Assembly: GCA_012690745.1 (NCBI GenBank)
Contig: GCA_012690745.1_4086.2
Source: a phage
DNA: 64,000 nucleotides
Direction: 5' to 3' (one strand)
Shown: positions 44,598 to 54,834 of the stretch, one piece after another
Position numbering within the stretch: position 1 is the stretch's first letter
Layout of the letters: each line of letters begins with the position of its first letter
Notes under the pieces: generated by a model
What the model was told of the DNA's origin: nothing
The model's input: only the letters and a program-made list of their open reading frames with translations
Databases searched by the model: none
Translations under genes and position numbers: made by a program

Positions 44598-44847
44598 AAT
44601 GAAATACTTAACATATAATGAATACGTCGAGAGATTAGTTCGTGCCAAGAGATATACCAATAAACGTCCAATTGACCTAAACCAAACCCCAGCAGAAAGG
44701 AGTGCAGAAGTATTATTCCAATCACTACCATATCTTCTGGGAACTGATAGACAAGAGGAATATGTTGCACGTATGATTAGATATCTTAAAATCACTATTA
44801 AGGAAAAAGTAAATGCAAATGCAAATGAAATACTTAACAGACGATGA
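44587..44847 (+). CDS. small protein, array-3 family
   Basis: LGTDRQEEYV. Confidence 0.6.
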   Translation: MQNEMKYLTYNEYVERLVRAKRYTNKRPIDLNQTPAERSAEVLFQSLPYLLGTDRQEEYVARMIRYLKITIKEKVNANANEILNRR

Positions 44848-45070
44848 GTTAAAAGAACGATTAATTAAATCCAGAAAACTTACAAATCAACTTCCAAACG
44901 ACACAAACAAGTCACATGCCGAAAGGAGTGCAGAAGTTTTATACATTCAACTCCTGTACTTTCTTGGAACTGACAGACAAGAGTATTACATTGAAAGTAT
45001 GCTTCGATATCTTAAATTCTCTATAAAGGAAAAGGTACATGCTCAAGAATTTAAAAATCCTAACAGTTAA
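44813..45070 (+). CDS. small protein, array-3 family
   Basis: LGTDRQEYYI. Confidence 0.6.
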   Translation: MQMQMKYLTDDELKERLIKSRKLTNQLPNDTNKSHAERSAEVLYIQLLYFLGTDRQEYYIESMLRYLKFSIKEKVHAQEFKNPNS

Positions 45071-45281
45071 TGAATATCATAAGATTGTAATGAAGACTAA
45101 TAGTGCTTACGCTAAAAAATCAAACCCAAAGTACATACTGGAACACACATTCGAAGAACGTCAATTAGCTCTAGTTGAAGCAAAACTTCTTGCACTCCTA
45201 GGAACAAACTATCAGGAAGAATACATCAGAAAACTAATATACCTTTTAACTAAACACATCAGGAAAAGAAAAAAAGCATGA
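45039..45281 (+). CDS. small protein, array-3 family
   Basis: LGTNYQEEYI. Confidence 0.6.
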   Translation: MLKNLKILTVNEYHKIVMKTNSAYAKKSNPKYILEHTFEERQLALVEAKLLALLGTNYQEEYIRKLIYLLTKHIRKRKKA

Positions 45282-45508
45282 AACACTTGACAGATGATGA
45301 ACATGGGCTTATAGTAATGGATGTAATCAACATCGAATACAAAAAGTTGATACGCTATCGTTGTTATGAAGATAAGCAACTCGTTCTAGCAGAACAGAAG
45401 TTGTTTCGACTCTTAAACACAAACTACCAAGCACAATACGAAGAATCGTACATGTACCTTTTGGCGAGGAAAGCAAAAAGAGATTATGAAAATTTTAAGC
45501 AAAGGTGA
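45278..45508 (+). CDS. small protein, array-3 family
   Basis: LNTNYQAQY. Confidence 0.6.
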   Translation: MKHLTDDEHGLIVMDVINIEYKKLIRYRCYEDKQLVLAEQKLFRLLNTNYQAQYEESYMYLLARKAKRDYENFKQR

Positions 45509-45707
45509 TTCAGTAATATTACTTATAGAGAGTTCAAGTAAATTCTTAAACATAACACTGTCTGATATAGATGAAGATGACAAAGAAGTACTGAGAGCAG
45601 ATTTAAGAGTACTGTTACATCTCGGAACAAACCTACAAGAAGAATATGTAGAGTGCTACATCAATGAACTTAAAGAATCAGTACTGAGAAGATGCAAATG
45701 CGAATGA
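45486..45707 (+). CDS. small protein, array-3 family
   Basis: LGTNLQEEYV. Confidence 0.55.
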   Translation: MKILSKGDSVILLIESSSKFLNITLSDIDEDDKEVLRADLRVLLHLGTNLQEEYVECYINELKESVLRRCKCE

Positions 45708-45919
45708 TTACCGACGAAGAATACCTAACAATTATAAATGGATTGTTTTTGAAGTTGTTTGTTATTAACACATCAGATATACCAGATATGGATAAAATTA
45801 TTAAGAGAAATGAAATCTATGTTCAAGCTACACTAGGGACTAACTATCAAGAATGCTATATTAATGATTATATTAATACACTTAAACGAGCGATTGAACT
45901 AAAATGCCAAAACCACTAG
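45692..45919 (+). CDS. small protein, array-3 family
   Basis: LGTNYQECYI. Confidence 0.6.
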   Translation: MQMRMITDEEYLTIINGLFLKLFVINTSDIPDMDKIIKRNEIYVQATLGTNYQECYINDYINTLKRAIELKCQNH

Positions 45920-46119
45920 GAACAGCAGAATACATTGAACTCATGGGATTACACTTCTCATCCTTTCAGAAACTTATGCGAGATTCAAAGAATGATTTAG
46001 AATATACCATCAGAAGTTCAGAATTAAGAATGCTTCTCACCCTAGACACAGATTCCCAAGAGCGTTTTGTCAATGAGCACATTAGAGCACTTTTAATGGA
46101 AATTAAAAGTAAACTATGA
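45904..46119 (+). CDS. small protein, array-3 family
   Basis: LDTDSQERFV. Confidence 0.55.
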   Translation: MPKPLGTAEYIELMGLHFSSFQKLMRDSKNDLEYTIRSSELRMLLTLDTDSQERFVNEHIRALLMEIKSKL

Positions 46120-46331
46120 AGATAATATCAAACCAAGAGTACTTGGCACTATTCAGAAAGAATAATCACAAATTTATGGCACTTGATTCAAGAACTGATA
46201 TAAGTGAACTTGAAAAAAATCTTTTGCGTTCAGATATGATAGTACTGACACTCTTAGGAACACAGCATCAAGAGAGAACTGTTAATTCACACATAGGTAT
46301 TCTTATACAGATTGTACAGGAAAAGATATGA
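46116..46331 (+). CDS. small protein, array-3 family
   Basis: LGTQHQERTV. Confidence 0.6.
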   Translation: MKIISNQEYLALFRKNNHKFMALDSRTDISELEKNLLRSDMIVLTLLGTQHQERTVNSHIGILIQIVQEKI

Positions 46332-46549
46332 GAATCATATCACAACAAGATATTCTTAAGTTCACAAGGGTTCATGCATCTGAATTTGATGCTATATTAT
46401 CAAAAAGTTACAATGACCCTTATACACAAGATGTACATTACAGTGAATTATGGATGTATATACTTTTAGGTACAAATAAGCAAGAGCAAGCCGTACAGAA
46501 GTATTTGACAGCTTTACGTGATGCTACAGCTAATGGAGTATGTGTTTAA
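46328..46549 (+). CDS. small protein, array-3 family
   Basis: LGTNKQEQAV. Confidence 0.6.
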   Translation: MRIISQQDILKFTRVHASEFDAILSKSYNDPYTQDVHYSELWMYILLGTNKQEQAVQKYLTALRDATANGVCV

Positions 46550-46550
46550 T

Positions 46551-46793
46551 ATGAAAGTACTGACAGAACTAGAAATGTATCATAGATTTAATAAGTACTA
46601 TCATTTACTTAAGCCTATACAGAGGATTAAATGTCCATTTGAAGAGAAACAGGTTTTAATCTATGAGCACAAGTTCTTTGTATCATTAGGTACAGATCAA
46701 CAAGAGTACTATTTGACGTTGTACTTGATTACATTAATAGATTTAATTCACTATAAAACCAAACAAGCTAATAAAGAGAAATATGAAAACTAA
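46551..46793 (+). CDS. small protein, array-3 family
   Basis: trimmed to MKVLTELEMY; LGTDQQEYYL. Confidence 0.55.
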   Translation: MKVLTELEMYHRFNKYYHLLKPIQRIKCPFEEKQVLIYEHKFFVSLGTDQQEYYLTLYLITLIDLIHYKTKQANKEKYEN

Positions 46794-47127
46794 TATACAA
46801 CTCAAGGTATATAAATCATTTGAACATACATATATCAAAAGTAGTCTATGTAGAGATGTAATGGATTACAAGGGTAAGCCATTCACAATTACCTATGATT
46901 CTTATGTTAGTGATTTATATATATCATTTGTTAATTACGAAAATAAAATATACAAGCACGTTGATATTAAAGATTTAAGTACTTTATCACCAGAGGAATA
47001 CTTTCAGGAATCATTAGTATGGGATTTAGAGTTTCCTATGCCATTAGTACATAAGATGATAGTACTAATGAAAGAATCTAAACAGGAGCCTAATGGTGAT
47101 TATGAAGAACACACAGTTGAGTATTAA
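46783..47127 (+). CDS. array-4 family protein (EEYFQ-SLV-D motif)
   Basis: EEYFQESLVWD. Confidence 0.6.
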   Translation: MKTNIQLKVYKSFEHTYIKSSLCRDVMDYKGKPFTITYDSYVSDLYISFVNYENKIYKHVDIKDLSTLSPEEYFQESLVWDLEFPMPLVHKMIVLMKESKQEPNGDYEEHTVEY

Positions 47128-47497
47128 AAGTACTGATAATACTAAGAGTTATACAAGCTCAAGTACTGTGACAATCGAAGTGAATTCTATTAATGCTGGT
47201 AATGCAGTAGATAAGTTCTTTATTGCTCAAGGGTACAGGAAAGATATTCATCAATACTGTTCAGTATATGGGGAGTACAATTCTACTGAAGATATAATTT
47301 ATTGGTCAACACATCAAGATTATATAACTAAAATTGGCGTTCCAGATGTTAGTACTTTATCTGAAGAAGAATACTTTCAGTACAGCTTAGTACATGATGT
47401 ACCTATACCTTTAGAGTTGCTCAAGGGTATACAGGAAGAGGTTCATAAGCTTAAATCCATGAGTTCAGGTACTTTCATTAGAACAGTGCAATACTAG
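47093..47497 (+). CDS. array-4 family protein
   Basis: EEYFQYSLVHD. Confidence 0.6.
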   Translation: MVIMKNTQLSIKSTDNTKSYTSSSTVTIEVNSINAGNAVDKFFIAQGYRKDIHQYCSVYGEYNSTEDIIYWSTHQDYITKIGVPDVSTLSEEEYFQYSLVHDVPIPLELLKGIQEEVHKLKSMSSGTFIRTVQY

Positions 47498-47498
47498 C

Positions 47499-47527
47499 TT
47501 GACAGTACTTTTCATTACTGATATAGT
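47499..47527 (+). promoter_or_regulatory. internal sigma70-type promoter
   Basis: TTGACA-17-TATAGT. Confidence 0.45.
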
Positions 47528-47556
47528 ACTTGTACGTTAATCATAGGGTAAAAATT

Positions 47557-47802
47557 ATGTTAAATTTTTTAAATTTCCTTATCGTTTTGTGTATTGTTCT
47601 TGGGATTGCACCATTTGTATTGTATTTCATGGATTCAGATGAAATGCAGAAGATGAATTGCACAAGGACAGGACAGAGTAGAGAAGAGACGATTCTTATG
47701 CCTGTTACGGTTATTGTTAACAACATGCCCATTACAAACATGGTCCCTACCCTAACGACAACGTACCAGTACTCTTGTACAGATGGAGAGAGGTGGAGAT
47801 GA
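47557..47802 (+). CDS. small membrane protein (hydrophobic N-terminal helix)
   Basis: trimmed to MLNFLNFLIVLCIVLGIAPFVLYF, downstream of the internal promoter. Confidence 0.5.
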   Translation: MLNFLNFLIVLCIVLGIAPFVLYFMDSDEMQKMNCTRTGQSREETILMPVTVIVNNMPITNMVPTLTTTYQYSCTDGERWR

Positions 47803-48119
47803 AATTTAATATAGCAAAAACATCTAATATATGTATATTTGGTTATGCCGAAGAGTTGGGTGATATTGACATTCTTTTGTACAAAAAAGATGGTGTTATG
47901 CATTTCAAGTACCAGGATGAAGAGGCAGACAATTATTCTTTACCTAATTTAGTACAAATGCAGGAAGAGGAATTATTCCAGTACAGCTTAGTATATGACA
48001 TTGATATTTGCACGATGCCAGTACTAATTAATATTCAAAAAGTGATGCTCGATGTGTTTGATAGGCTAATACAAGGCACACAAGGAAGAACCATATATGT
48101 CAATGTACAAGACAATTAA
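47799..48119 (+). CDS. array-4 family protein
   Basis: trimmed to MKFNIAKTSN; EEELFQYSLVYD; SD GGAGAGAGGTGGAG. Confidence 0.6.
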   Translation: MKFNIAKTSNICIFGYAEELGDIDILLYKKDGVMHFKYQDEEADNYSLPNLVQMQEEELFQYSLVYDIDICTMPVLINIQKVMLDVFDRLIQGTQGRTIYVNVQDN

Positions 48120-48312
48120 TCAAGAATGGAAGACCCAAAAGTACAGGGAATTCAGTACTAGTTTAACAAAAGATGCATTGAATTTAAAAAGAACAGAGTT
48201 TGATATGTTTATTTTTCTTGGAACACGTTCACAGGAACAATACATTCATTATTATATAAGTTCATTGCGAACGGAGATCGTATGCAAAACACAGGGTATT
48301 ATAAAAAAGTAA
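48097..48312 (+). CDS. small protein, array-3-like (LGTRSQEQY) inside array 4
   Basis: ORF track. Confidence 0.5.
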   Translation: MSMYKTINQEWKTQKYREFSTSLTKDALNLKRTEFDMFIFLGTRSQEQYIHYYISSLRTEIVCKTQGIIKK

Positions 48313-48548
48313 ACCAATATTTGTACGCATCGAAGTACAGGGATTTTTGTTTAAAGGGTGGTGATGAAGATTTTTCTTTGCGATTATCAGAATTTAATCT
48401 GTTATTTTATCTTGGTACAAAAGAACAAGAAGAAATGGCACAGAAATTTATCAAGCACCTTTTACAAAAAATTAATATGCAAATTTTGATGCTTAAGTTA
48501 CAGAATGAGATAAATGAATATGAATCCAGAAATAGTTCAGGATCTTAA
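48282..48548 (+). CDS. small protein, array-3-like (LGTKEQEEM) inside array 4
   Basis: ORF track. Confidence 0.5.
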   Translation: MQNTGYYKKVNQYLYASKYRDFCLKGGDEDFSLRLSEFNLLFYLGTKEQEEMAQKFIKHLLQKINMQILMLKLQNEINEYESRNSSGS

Positions 48549-48906
48549 AAAAGTAATATTTCTTTTGAATACCAGAAGTGAATTGTATACAGAGTTAAAA
48601 GAGATTAATGCATTTTATCAGAATTTTGTAATCCAAGAGATCAGTGATTTAATTACAGATGCATTATTTGAATTATCGGAGAAATACAAAGGAACAGAGT
48701 TCAGTGTTAAGAATGTTATTCGTCCAATTACAAGGAAAATTATATTATCACATTTTACATTTGACAATAAAGATTTATTCAGTCATAATCCAAGTACAGC
48801 TTTATATTTTATTCCTGATTCAGACAAAAATCATCCTATTCATTACGGATGGATTTTGTCGTACATAGTACAAGGAAAGGAGTATCCTATTAAATGGAAC
48901 GATTAG
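48514..48906 (+). CDS. hypothetical protein
   Basis: ORF track; family motif not evident. Confidence 0.5.
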   Translation: MNMNPEIVQDLKKVIFLLNTRSELYTELKEINAFYQNFVIQEISDLITDALFELSEKYKGTEFSVKNVIRPITRKIILSHFTFDNKDLFSHNPSTALYFIPDSDKNHPIHYGWILSYIVQGKEYPIKWND

Positions 48907-49054
48907 GGCGATTAGATTATTACACAATTAATACAAATTATTTGTTGCGTAATATAAAATCCGATTACAAAATATGGATAAAGAACAGAGATAGTATGTG
49001 TTATGAATTTTATTTAGATTATGCCATCAAACGCTTTTTAAGAGAAGAACATTA

Positions 49055-49246
49055 ATGCACACACCGCACAAAGAGCACAAAAATACAAAAACGATAAATG
49101 TTTTAAATGATTCTTTATTGGTGAGTATAAATTTATATTATAAAATTCATTTAAATGGTGGTATTGAAAATTTTAGTTATTATTTGAGTGCAATATCGCA
49201 AGAGCATTTAATATACCAAGATCATTTATTGCACCCGAATCCATAA
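49055..49246 (+). CDS. hypothetical small protein
   Basis: ORF track only. Confidence 0.35.
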   Translation: MHTPHKEHKNTKTINVLNDSLLVSINLYYKIHLNGGIENFSYYLSAISQEHLIYQDHLLHPNP

Positions 49247-49254
49247 GGCAAATT

Positions 49255-49800
49255 ATGAATGATATAGAATTATTAGCACACAAGATTAGTACAATAATGC
49301 TTATCCTCAATAACAACCATCCTATATCGCAGATAGATGGAATCCTGAGTCAGAGGACAGGTGGTAGTTTATATTTGACATTAACAGAGGTTATCGCAAG
49401 GAATTACATTGATATTGAAATCGAGAACAGTGATGCATCAGGAAAGGTTGATGTAGGTGCATTAATCAGTTCAAATCCAGTATCAGCATCACCATTGACA
49501 AGAAATGTAAGTACAGGATTCGAAGGGTATTTGTGGTACAATACCAATGATGATTATTTTATATATCAGCATTCCAATACAAATTATGATGAAGACAAAT
49601 TTCAGTTCATAGACCCTTATGATGAAGCTGAAGTATTTCAAAAATCATTAATCACAAAACCGCATGAGATGATGTATCTAATGTTATTCAGTACAATGCA
49701 TTTGAATCCATTAATTAAAGGTTTAAAATTTTATATTCAATTGAATTTAGTCCATGTAGTTTATGATTTATTAATGCAAGGATATAGTTATGAAGTATAA
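49255..49800 (+). CDS. array-4 family protein
   Basis: DEAEVFQKSLITKP. Confidence 0.55.
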   Translation: MNDIELLAHKISTIMLILNNNHPISQIDGILSQRTGGSLYLTLTEVIARNYIDIEIENSDASGKVDVGALISSNPVSASPLTRNVSTGFEGYLWYNTNDDYFIYQHSNTNYDEDKFQFIDPYDEAEVFQKSLITKPHEMMYLMLFSTMHLNPLIKGLKFYIQLNLVHVVYDLLMQGYSYEV

Positions 49801-50107
49801 AATGCTTAATACAGCATCAGGGATATATGTAGAATTAGAATCCGATTATTCAGATGGATGGAATTTTATTAAACGACACGATAGAAATACATGGTACATG
49901 GCACATTTGGATAATGACGTAATAATAGATAATTTTGTCGATTTTAATACATTATCAGAAGAAGAATTTTTCCAAATGCAATTTGTGCTTGATACAAATG
50001 GATTTGATTTGCTATTATTAAGGAATATTCAGAAAGCGGTTAATGAATTCATAATCCAAAATAATTCAGGTAAAATGGGGATGTTCCATGATCTGGAAGT
50101 ACAATGA
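49790..50107 (+). CDS. array-4 family protein
   Basis: EEEFFQMQFVLD. Confidence 0.6.
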   Translation: MKYKMLNTASGIYVELESDYSDGWNFIKRHDRNTWYMAHLDNDVIIDNFVDFNTLSEEEFFQMQFVLDTNGFDLLLLRNIQKAVNEFIIQNNSGKMGMFHDLEVQ

Positions 50108-50663
50108 AAGCAATGATTACAATGAAATTCAGTACACCTACGCTAATGCAATCCTTATGGGACAAAAGTTAGCTTGTATTGTTGCAGCCTTATATAATGC
50201 CCAGAAATATCACAAGCGTCATTTCCACAAATGTATTGGTATTATTCCATCGAAGTACAATACATATATTGCGTGCACGAGTCATTTTGATAAACGATTC
50301 AATACACCTGATACCCCAAATTCCTGTAGTGTTATTGGTCTTTTGGATTTCGCACCTGGTGCTGTTATTGGAAAGAATGATTTAGAGTACGCATGGTATA
50401 ATAAAAATGCCCCGTTAGTAATGGTAAAATATGATACAGAAACGAATAAAACAATAGAGTACAATACATATAAATCAGAGGAAGAATTTTTCCAAGGTTC
50501 ATTGCTTGTACCAGTGCGTTTGTTATTTTATAATGTCATAATGAGTACAGTACACAATAGTCCATTACACAAGAATCACAAAATTAATTTCAATTTTTGT
50601 GCTTATGCGATTGATGGTGTGTATGAGTGTTTAATGGAGGTATTGAGTTATGAAGCTGAATAA
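50088..50663 (+). CDS. array-4 family protein
   Basis: EEEFFQGSLLVP. Confidence 0.6.
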   Translation: MIWKYNESNDYNEIQYTYANAILMGQKLACIVAALYNAQKYHKRHFHKCIGIIPSKYNTYIACTSHFDKRFNTPDTPNSCSVIGLLDFAPGAVIGKNDLEYAWYNKNAPLVMVKYDTETNKTIEYNTYKSEEEFFQGSLLVPVRLLFYNVIMSTVHNSPLHKNHKINFNFCAYAIDGVYECLMEVLSYEAE

Positions 50664-50991
50664 TACATTTGATATTAATAAGTTAAGAGAATGGTTTTAT
50701 AGTATTGAAATTGAAGCCATCCCGTATCATAGATATGAACAATATAATTTAACCAGTATTGATATCAGTGAGTTGTACGCGTATTATCAAAGTGCATTAG
50801 AGATGCATAAGTTATTTTTGAGTACAGATTTTGTTCTAAATTACAATTTTGAGGAATTTAAAAATTATAATTTAGTACAGAAATATGTAGTAGCAAAGTA
50901 CATGTACCTTCAAGGAATTACAAGTAATTTGGAATTCAATACAGTCCTTGCTTTAGTTGAGGTAATTTTATGCAGTACATGTATGATTTAG
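50650..50991 (+). CDS. array-4 family protein (divergent)
   Basis: ORF track. Confidence 0.5.
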   Translation: MKLNNTFDINKLREWFYSIEIEAIPYHRYEQYNLTSIDISELYAYYQSALEMHKLFLSTDFVLNYNFEEFKNYNLVQKYVVAKYMYLQGITSNLEFNTVLALVEVILCSTCMI

Positions 50992-51476
50992 AGTTTAGTT
51001 TAGATGCTGCCTTTAAATTTGTTCACAAGATAGAAACAATATACAGTACATTATGTGCAATACAATCAGTATCATCTGAGTTTGATGTTGGTGAAAAATA
51101 TCAGGTATGGAATAATACATTTCTAAACAAAGAACGTTGCTCTACGGGGTTTAATATTTTAACATTTAATCCCAGCAATTGTTACCCAGAGAAGCATGAA
51201 CGTTATCCGAATGACGACATGTGGTTTGATTACACAAAAGATGGTGATATGTCATCCCTTGTAGTTCCTGATGATTTTAATGCCGAAGATTTAACGGAAG
51301 AGTGGTGGTTTCAACAGAATTTAGTACACGATGATATTGATTTATTTTTTTATGTAGTATTTAAAATGCTTTACCACAACAATATATTAAAAGATAGTGT
51401 GTTTTTTTCATGTCTATATATTGATGATTTGTACAATGAAATCCAAATCAACATTCCCAGCACGCCTGTATCGTAA
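50970..51476 (+). CDS. array-4 family protein
   Basis: EEWWFQQNLVHDD. Confidence 0.6.
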   Translation: MQYMYDLEFSLDAAFKFVHKIETIYSTLCAIQSVSSEFDVGEKYQVWNNTFLNKERCSTGFNILTFNPSNCYPEKHERYPNDDMWFDYTKDGDMSSLVVPDDFNAEDLTEEWWFQQNLVHDDIDLFFYVVFKMLYHNNILKDSVFFSCLYIDDLYNEIQINIPSTPVS

Positions 51477-51501
51477 GATATGGGCTTTTTTCGTTTTGGT
51501 A

Positions 51502-51530
51502 TTGACAAAGAAGTGCAAAGCTGTTATCAT
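51502..51530 (+). promoter_or_regulatory. internal sigma70-type promoter
   Basis: TTGACA-17-TATCAT; SD AAAGGAGAA. Confidence 0.45.
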
Positions 51531-51558
51531 GTGTAATCATTTTAAAGGAGAACATATA

Positions 51559-52071
51559 GTGAGTTTCATAATCCCAAGTACATACGAAGATGCATCAAGT
51601 GCAGTTCATAAGATTCATTATATTTTTAATTTAATTATTAGATCTGCAAAAATTAAAATGTATGCACCTCTTGTGGAATACGATAAAAATGAGGAAATTT
51701 TTGTTAGCACAGACCAAATTATTTTTCCATATTTCAATGAAGATAGATTGTGGTTCATGCATTTAGCTGCATTACAAAAATATAAAATGTCAATTCGTAA
51801 TAATTTGGATATACCGTTATATCATCCTGATATTGGAGAGGATGAATATTTTCAGTACAGTACAGTACACCGCCATGAAGATATCTTTGTTGCTATGCTT
51901 ATTGCTAAATTGAATACCGTTGATTTGGAGCAGTACAAATACAATAATAAATCATGTAAGATCATAATCCCTGCATTCATAGCTCTTTATGATTATGTGG
52001 TGCATAACAAAAAAGATGATACATATGCTTTCAATGAAGAGTATTTGAATTTTTTTAAGGAGAACATATGA
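51559..52071 (+). CDS. array-4 family protein
   Basis: ORF track 51397..52071 trimmed to GTG after promoter and SD; DEYFQYSTVH. Confidence 0.5.
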   Translation: MSFIIPSTYEDASSAVHKIHYIFNLIIRSAKIKMYAPLVEYDKNEEIFVSTDQIIFPYFNEDRLWFMHLAALQKYKMSIRNNLDIPLYHPDIGEDEYFQYSTVHRHEDIFVAMLIAKLNTVDLEQYKYNNKSCKIIIPAFIALYDYVVHNKKDDTYAFNEEYLNFFKENI

Positions 52072-52595
52072 GCAGTGAAGTGCTGAAATCAATGACATTC
52101 AATGAAATTGGTACATTTAAAGATAAGATCATTGATTGCATTGAATACATGATTTGTAGTAATATCGAAAGTATCGAGATATTTAACAAGACAAATCGCT
52201 CTTACCATATGATGTACATTGCAAACAATAATGGTATCATTCCATTTATTTCGGATAGTACAATATGGTACGCATGTGATACGAAAAAAACCACAATAGG
52301 TTTACATTCATTTGAGACACATTATGATCTAATTATTCCTGAACATTGTATGCAAGAAGAAGAATATTTTCAAATGCAATGTATACATTCACCATTAGTG
52401 TTGTTTAGTTTATATATTATACCTTATATCACCAAATGTGTTCATGAGAATAAAGCTCCGTGGAATCATGAATTTGTATCGTTGAAGTTATTGTATAATG
52501 TATTAGTAGAATATTATGATTACAGGCACAATGGTACAATCAGTGATGTATGGGATTTTGAATCGCTAAGGGTGAAAACATACACAGGTGAATGA
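52068..52595 (+). CDS. array-4 family protein
   Basis: EEEYFQMQCIHSP. Confidence 0.6.
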   Translation: MSSEVLKSMTFNEIGTFKDKIIDCIEYMICSNIESIEIFNKTNRSYHMMYIANNNGIIPFISDSTIWYACDTKKTTIGLHSFETHYDLIIPEHCMQEEEYFQMQCIHSPLVLFSLYIIPYITKCVHENKAPWNHEFVSLKLLYNVLVEYYDYRHNGTISDVWDFESLRVKTYTGE

Positions 52596-53211
52596 TATGA
52601 CCAGAATTAAAATGTATGATTTGATGCTGTACAGTAAAATTGCCATTCCAGTGCTTAATAAAGTGCTGGATGCATTCATTGCCAAATACCCTGAGAATTC
52701 AGTGTTATGTATTCCATTTAGTGTTCCAGATAAAGATGATATATTCCAAGTGAATGTCAGTACACGTGGTATTACATTGCAGCAGAAATATATGGATACG
52801 GAATATTATGGAATAAAGTTGGATTCAGTACAGGGTTCTAAATCAGCCTATGATTTTTTTGTTCCTAATAACATCGAGTCATGGGAAACAAACATTTCAA
52901 AGAAAGATGAAAATGATGTTCCTATTAGTGGTGTGTTCAACAATAAAGTTTTTTATTATTACGAAACCGACAAATTCCCTGAAGAGTTATATTACAATTC
53001 AGAAATGAATGAAGATGTAGATGCATTCATGTTTCAATTATCGTTAGTACATGATATCATTGATGTTCAAGAGTTAAGAGCAGAAATCAATTTAGCTAAA
53101 GAGTTATCGGACATGCTCCCACCGTTTAGTATGCTTTTTTGTGAAGGAGGTTATTTTTCAAAAGAAGTGTTTGAACATTTCGTAGATGTTGTAAAAGGGT
53201 TGGATATATAG
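52588..53211 (+). CDS. array-4 family protein
   Basis: DAFMFQLSLVHD. Confidence 0.6.
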   Translation: MNDMTRIKMYDLMLYSKIAIPVLNKVLDAFIAKYPENSVLCIPFSVPDKDDIFQVNVSTRGITLQQKYMDTEYYGIKLDSVQGSKSAYDFFVPNNIESWETNISKKDENDVPISGVFNNKVFYYYETDKFPEELYYNSEMNEDVDAFMFQLSLVHDIIDVQELRAEINLAKELSDMLPPFSMLFCEGGYFSKEVFEHFVDVVKGLDI

Positions 53212-53212
53212 T

Positions 53213-53407
53213 ATGCTTATAATTGATATTAAACAAAAATACCGTAAGTTTGATTGGTTCACCGATAGTTTCCAGCTTGAATTATTACATATGAATATCA
53301 GTGAAACATTATGTGCAGAAACACAAGATGAATTTGATGATAGAGTGATGAACATAGTAATGCTTTCTTGCTTTAAACATTTTGGTTATTTTTTCGGACA
53401 GTATTGA
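53213..53407 (+). CDS. small hypothetical protein
   Basis: ORF track. Confidence 0.45.
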   Translation: MLIIDIKQKYRKFDWFTDSFQLELLHMNISETLCAETQDEFDDRVMNIVMLSCFKHFGYFFGQY

Positions 53408-53415
53408 GGTAAAAA

Positions 53416-53931
53416 ATGCATCAACACAAGCATCATTCATATGATTTTGCAATTAACATTATGAAGTTTATTCGAGCGTTGGAGGATGGGAAGCTTAGTC
53501 ATAAGTACAGGAAAGAGGGTAACAATTGGTTCAGAAATGATTCCGAGTTCAGTTGTCATAAAATCGTGTATAGTAATCAGTACAGTGCCAATTACCTACA
53601 AGATGTAGTGATGTGTTTTGAATACGTGTTGCAGTTCAGGGGTTCAATCCAAGATGAGTTGATGGAGAACATGTACATCCGATACCTTCCAATGCTCAAA
53701 GATGAAAATGTATTATTAAATTCAATATACCAACGAGTTCGTGAAATTGAGTGCAGGGATATATTAGATACAGAAGAATCGTATTTCCAGCAATCCCTGA
53801 TTTATTCACCTGATTTATTACAGGTACATAATTTGTTTAATACATTACGTCAGAACATCAGTACAGACATATTTTTGTCATTATCGGATTATGATACATT
53901 TGTCAAAGATTTAGAGGAAATAGGTTTATGA
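53416..53931 (+). CDS. array-4 family protein
   Basis: EESYFQQSLIYSPD. Confidence 0.6.
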   Translation: MHQHKHHSYDFAINIMKFIRALEDGKLSHKYRKEGNNWFRNDSEFSCHKIVYSNQYSANYLQDVVMCFEYVLQFRGSIQDELMENMYIRYLPMLKDENVLLNSIYQRVREIECRDILDTEESYFQQSLIYSPDLLQVHNLFNTLRQNISTDIFLSLSDYDTFVKDLEEIGL

Positions 53932-54272
53932 GTCGATTTTCGGTTTATATAGTAAACGTCAGTAAAGATGGTAGTTTAATTGAATTTGATGTAGTTGATA
54001 ACAATGATAATTCATATGGTATTAAGGTACAGGACAATGATGTACAGTTCAGTACAAGGACAAATTTTGAGAATCCAGTCCAAGTTCCGAATTTCATAGA
54101 AGATGAAGCTGCACGATTCCAATACGAAACGGCCTTTGATAATGTACATATGCATATTATTATGCAACAAAGTTTAGTTCAATTAGTTCCTTTGTTCAGA
54201 CAAAATATATATGTACATGAAGTGTCGATTAATGGCATTCAAAGTTCCGTATTGTTCGATACAAATATGTAA
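53928..54272 (+). CDS. array-4 family protein
   Basis: EAARFQYETAFDN. Confidence 0.55.
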   Translation: MSRFSVYIVNVSKDGSLIEFDVVDNNDNSYGIKVQDNDVQFSTRTNFENPVQVPNFIEDEAARFQYETAFDNVHMHIIMQQSLVQLVPLFRQNIYVHEVSINGIQSSVLFDTNM

Positions 54273-54282
54273 GGAAAGTACA

Positions 54283-54834
54283 ATGAGTTCAATGAGTTTA
54301 TTAGATACATTAGAAAAAGACAGAAGTGCAATTAAGCGTTTAAAAGAGCAAGTACAAAAGATTGTATACAACGTTGATAAGTTTGAGGTTCCCGGAAGAT
54401 TTGGTGATATTTCCCATACGGAGATCAAATCCCTTAAGTCAGATTTGTTGATTAAAAATAAAAATGGGTTGATTTTAGTTTTGAGTTCAGATATGATGGG
54501 GGCAACACATAGTTATAATGCCGTATCGGTGCGTTCCGAGTGTGAAGGTATATATCTATCACAGGGTTTCAATAGCGAGACACAGGTTTGTTTTTGTGAT
54601 GCAGTACATGACCCTATGAAGTTCACGAGAAGTGAAGCCCAAGCGTTATTAGAGCTATCAGACGAGAGTTTGTTTCAGTACAGTACAATGTATGACAATG
54701 ATAAGCTTCGTTGTATGTACGCTGTAAAGCATTATACACAGGAGTTTTCTGGATTTGCATACCTTTTAGTTAGAACCAATACCAGATATATTGATATGTT
54801 AGAAGATTACATCGATAAAGTTGTTAATGTATGA
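54283..54834 (+). CDS. array-4 family protein
   Basis: ORF track 54211..54834 trimmed to MSSMSLL; DESLFQYSTMYDND. Confidence 0.6.
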   Translation: MSSMSLLDTLEKDRSAIKRLKEQVQKIVYNVDKFEVPGRFGDISHTEIKSLKSDLLIKNKNGLILVLSSDMMGATHSYNAVSVRSECEGIYLSQGFNSETQVCFCDAVHDPMKFTRSEAQALLELSDESLFQYSTMYDNDKLRCMYAVKHYTQEFSGFAYLLVRTNTRYIDMLEDYIDKVVNV

